Both the position numbers and the translations under genes were made by a program. From IMG/VR virus record IMGVR_UViG_3300008120_000334, positions 1 through 55,282 of that record: 55,282 nucleotides of DNA. One strand, 5' to 3'. Shown piece by piece: positions 52,174 to 55,282 of this stretch (within the stretch, counting starts at the first letter, position 1; every line of letters begins with the position of its first letter). The notes under the pieces were generated by a model, which was not told where the DNA came from, did no database searches, and saw only the letters and a list, made by a program, of their open reading frames with translations. Source of the DNA: a virus (lineage: Duplodnaviria; Caudoviricetes).

Positions 52174-54927
52174 CTACCAAACCTCAACCGTAGGCTCTGA
52201 TTTTAAGTTGTAAGGGGCTAACACCCAACAAGTACGGGCAAACAGTCCGCTCATTATACCGTCTATCTTGGTGTTCTTGCTTTGCTTGGTAAGTATTAGG
52301 TTGTTGCCCTTTACCAAACAAAGAACGTTTGATGCCATCCATCCAAGTACAGGGTCGTTTTGGTGAAACAAAACCTTCTTTTTAATATCCGTCTCAAAGT
52401 CTCGAATAAACGGAGTTAAGAACCTGGGGGATTGGCTGATTTTAAACATGACAATTCCCTCATTCTCTAAATCGGTAAACATATTGCCTGTATAGGCTTG
52501 GTCAGCAGCAATACTTTGCAGATTTACAACCTTGGTACGCTCAACGATAAAGTCCTTTGCTTGGTTTAGGTCAATGCAGTTTCCTTCGCACACAAACAAA
52601 ATACCATTCTTAACCCACTCCCTAACACTTGCAAGCCCTAACTTTTCAAGTTCTTTGTACTTTTCTTCGTGAGTCCATGCCCATTGCTTCCACGATAACC
52701 CACCTTCTACGGGGTAAACTTCGGAGTAGCTTAGAAGGTCGTTTGTTACGGCCACGTCAAGGCCGCCATAAGCCACGGGGTATTCATCGAGTGGTATTAT
52801 TGTAGGATTTTCCCAAACGTCGGCTGTAATCCAAGTAACCGCGCTATCCGTCCAAACGTTAAGGTGTTTTGTTTTGAAGTCAACCTCTTTACTACCCGAT
52901 ACCTTTGCCTCTTCAAACTCCGATAACAAAGACGCTTTTGTAACTGACACCCCGTAATTAGGATTTGCTTTCTCCCAAACTTTCGGGTCTTGCCAGTCGT
53001 CGCCTTCGTCTATTGAATAGATAACGCCAAATAACCCTTCGTTTGATATTGTACCATCAAGTACTTTCTTTACAATGCTGTTTCTATATTCGTAGCAAGG
53101 GCCGTTTCTATCGCTTCCTGCGGTTGTGATAATAAAAAACAAAGGCTGCTTTCTTGCGGCCATACCTGAGCGCAAAGAGTTCTTTACATCGTCATTTTTG
53201 TGAACGTGGTATTCGTCAAAAATTACACAGTGGGCGTTTTTCCCTTCGGTATTGTTGGCATCGTGGCTAACGGCCTCAAACTTTGATCTGTCTCCAAATT
53301 TAAAATGGTGTACCCTAAACTGTGCGTGAGTTTTAATATAAGCCGATTCTTCCGCCAGACGTTTTAACATTGAGGCCGATTCGTCATAGCATATTTTTGC
53401 TTGGTCGCGGGTAAAAGCAGCCGCGTAAACCTCCGCCCCTAACTCTCCATCGGCCACCAAACAGCAATTTCCAACCGCCGCGCCCAAGGAGGTATTGTGA
53501 GTAGGTATAAATGACTTTGTTACCAAAAATAGGCTTCTTGGGGAATCTACTTGAATACACCTAACTGGAACTGATTCTACATCGTTTATCTCGACAATTT
53601 GACGGTAATTTGAACGCTTACTTTCTCCACTTCCATTTTTTAGCCTATCTTTTTTTCTTTGTAGCTTAAAGCATGTATTTTCGGAGAAACACCAAAATTG
53701 AACTCTATATTTTAATCCCATCCTACGCCCTTCAAAATAACTATCTGCTATTTTAACACTTGGCTTTAATCCTAAGCTACGGCACAATTCCATAAAACCT
53801 TTACATAGCAATTCGGAAGTAGTAGTAAATTCGCATTGTCCAGCTTTTGAGCAATACCCATCGGTATCCATCAACCCTTTTAGCAACTCCCATCTATCCT
53901 CAATACTGGATTGAAGGTATAGGTCTGGAATATGTTTGTTGCCAAATAAGTTTAACTTTCTTAATCTCGCAGCAATAGAATTGTCTCTTTCTTTTTGCGA
54001 TTTTCCACAGGCTCCTAATGTGTAGTATCCGCAATTATTTCGCTTATCAATATTGGGTACGCCTAATGGAGTAATTGCTTTTATATGCTCTATTAATTCA
54101 ATATCAGCACCCCCAATAGTAACTCTGCCGCTTTCACTATCTCCATCACCAAGCCAAAAACCAAGAATATAAGGGTTTACAGGCAAGTCTTTTTTAGGGT
54201 ATTCTACTGCTTGACAATTCTTTATTCTATGATTGGCAACCAAATCTTTTTTTACCCCTTGTTCAAAATAAAGAGTTTCTTTTATTTTCTCAGTAGTAAA
54301 AACAATACGTTTGTCAAGGTTTGACCAGTCCTTCTTTTTCTTTCCCTTAAAATCTTTTCTACAATCCCTACCAGTTCTATACGGCTGTGTCTCCCACAGG
54401 TGTTCTGCATCAGCAATAACTTTTGTGCCGTCCGAAAACACCATTTCGTAGCATTTTCGATTGTACATTACATCGGTCGCAAATGTCACATGGCACACTT
54501 TTCCATTTTCATCAAAAAGAGCGTCACCCTCTTTTAATGACCCCATAGTTTTCCATCCATCTGGCGTTGGAATAGGAGTATCAAGAGCTAAAGCCTTCCC
54601 ATTTTTTTTGGGAATTTCTACATAAGCCTCTCTAAAACGCCTTGTTCCGTCTGCAATCCATCGCCAGCCAAAGATATTCCAGTAAATGAACTTTTGCCAC
54701 GGCTCAAGTATAAAACGCTTCTTTTCGCCCTTTGTGAGCCAAAGAGTCTCAGTAAAGGCTATTTTAATACTTGCGGCTTGTTCGTCGAAATAAAACCCTT
54801 TGGATTTGGCATTTATTTGGTCGTCAAGGTAGCGTTTACAAGCAAGTTTTACATCCATGCCAGCCGCTTTTTTACCTGTTAGCACGTCGTTTACATACTT
54901 GTCAACCTCTCTTTTGTAACTTTTCAT
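52174..54927 (-). CDS. terL: Terminase large subunit containing an intein
   Basis: LEPWQ.F, RRFREAYVEIPKKNGK/T Walker A, IFDEYH, ITTAG, KANPN, KIDG. Confidence 0.97.
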   Translation of the reverse strand: MKSYKREVDKYVNDVLTGKKAAGMDVKLACKRYLDDQINAKSKGFYFDEQAASIKIAFTETLWLTKGEKKRFILEPWQKFIYWNIFGWRWIADGTRRFREAYVEIPKKNGKALALDTPIPTPDGWKTMGSLKEGDALFDENGKVCHVTFATDVMYNRKCYEMVFSDGTKVIADAEHLWETQPYRTGRDCRKDFKGKKKKDWSNLDKRIVFTTEKIKETLYFEQGVKKDLVANHRIKNCQAVEYPKKDLPVNPYILGFWLGDGDSESGRVTIGGADIELIEHIKAITPLGVPNIDKRNNCGYYTLGACGKSQKERDNSIAARLRKLNLFGNKHIPDLYLQSSIEDRWELLKGLMDTDGYCSKAGQCEFTTTSELLCKGFMELCRSLGLKPSVKIADSYFEGRRMGLKYRVQFWCFSENTCFKLQRKKDRLKNGSGESKRSNYRQIVEINDVESVPVRCIQVDSPRSLFLVTKSFIPTHNTSLGAAVGNCCLVADGELGAEVYAAAFTRDQAKICYDESASMLKRLAEESAYIKTHAQFRVHHFKFGDRSKFEAVSHDANNTEGKNAHCVIFDEYHVHKNDDVKNSLRSGMAARKQPLFFIITTAGSDRNGPCYEYRNSIVKKVLDGTISNEGLFGVIYSIDEGDDWQDPKVWEKANPNYGVSVTKASLLSEFEEAKVSGSKEVDFKTKHLNVWTDSAVTWITADVWENPTIIPLDEYPVAYGGLDVAVTNDLLSYSEVYPVEGGLSWKQWAWTHEEKYKELEKLGLASVREWVKNGILFVCEGNCIDLNQAKDFIVERTKVVNLQSIAADQAYTGNMFTDLENEGIVMFKISQSPRFLTPFIRDFETDIKKKVLFHQNDPVLGWMASNVLCLVKGNNLILTKQSKNTKIDGIMSGLFARTCWVLAPYNLKSEPTVEVW
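53494..54594 (-). mobile_element. 367-aa intein with LAGLIDADG homing endonuclease (Ala1, class-3 signature)
   Basis: ALALDTPIPTPDGW...DAEHLW...LGFWLGDG...LLKGLMDTDG...PVRCIQVD...PTHN|T. Confidence 0.92.
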
Positions 54928-55282
54928 CCAATTTTACCAAGTAATTCCTCCATTGGGTCTTTTGCCTTATCGTCTTTTTTAGGCTCTGCAATTTTTAGCC
55001 GTGAAATAGGGGTTGCGCCAAATTGAATAACTATCTTTTGGTATGTCGCCAACTGCCTCCCCGATTCGATAGCTTCGGCAGAAAGTACAGTCATGCCATT
55101 AGGTGTAGAGCTAAATCTTGAACTTACATAAGTCATTGAATTTTCTAACTCAATATACACCCCCCACGCCCTGCAAGCTATCTCTAAAAGTCCTAAATCT
55201 TGCGGGTGTATCAAGTTTGAAACGTTACGCATGAGTCTATCCCACTCCGTTCGGGCATACTCATTTAGCCCGTCTGGTGCAG
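54924..55282 (-). CDS. terS: Terminase small subunit (P27 family), 5'-partial
   Basis: Frame is open to the edge (APDGLNEYARTEWDRLMRNV...); QFGATPISRLKI motif; overlaps the terL start. Confidence 0.88.
   Translation of the reverse strand, partial: APDGLNEYARTEWDRLMRNVSNLIHPQDLGLLEIACRAWGVYIELENSMTYVSSRFSSTPNGMTVLSAEAIESGRQLATYQKIVIQFGATPISRLKIAEPKKDDKAKDPMEELLGKIG

Larger units (their letters stand above)
1..55282. mobile_element. Near-complete tailed phage/prophage genome (HK97-type head, siphovirus-type tail), probable Bacteroidota host
   Basis: Complete packaging-head-neck-tail-lysis gene order on the minus strand, replication and regulatory genes on the plus strand, no host housekeeping genes, Bacteroidota-type promoters. 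Confidence 0.95.

Noticed and set aside
1-55282. tRNA or rRNA genes
   Set aside because: No cloverleaf with T-loop/D-loop consensus or rRNA-like segment was recognised by eye. A tRNAscan-SE run would be needed to exclude them.

Overview
The window is a near-complete ~55 kb HK97-fold, long non-contractile-tailed phage genome. The host is most likely Bacteroidota, given the recurrent TAnnTTTG/-33 TTTG promoters, A-rich leaders without Shine-Dalgarno sequences, and signal peptides followed by Gln. The sequence is opened between the packaging HNH gene (left edge) and the 5'-incomplete small terminase gene (right edge). The minus strand carries the late genes: TerS, TerL with an Ala1/class-3-type LAGLIDADG intein, portal, protease, major capsid, neck, tail, tape measure, tail/fibre proteins and lysis. 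The plus strand carries regulatory, replication (initiator with iterons, primase-helicase, RuvC-like, NinB-like, HU, SSB-like) and accessory genes, including a DUF2829/Tad2-like protein. The most striking feature is an integron-like array of ten gene cassettes at ~17.17-23.56 kb, separated by ten 123-127 bp attC-like hairpins (TAAC...GTTA). The two ends of each cassette are cassette-specific inverted repeats with an invariant G.T pair. The sites are inverted relative to the genes, and five of them supply the start codon and N-terminal leader of the following gene. There is no intact integrase in the window, only a 5'-truncated tyrosine recombinase. Several genes carry apparent deletions or frameshifts. 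All calls come from reading the sequence by eye; no database search was run.
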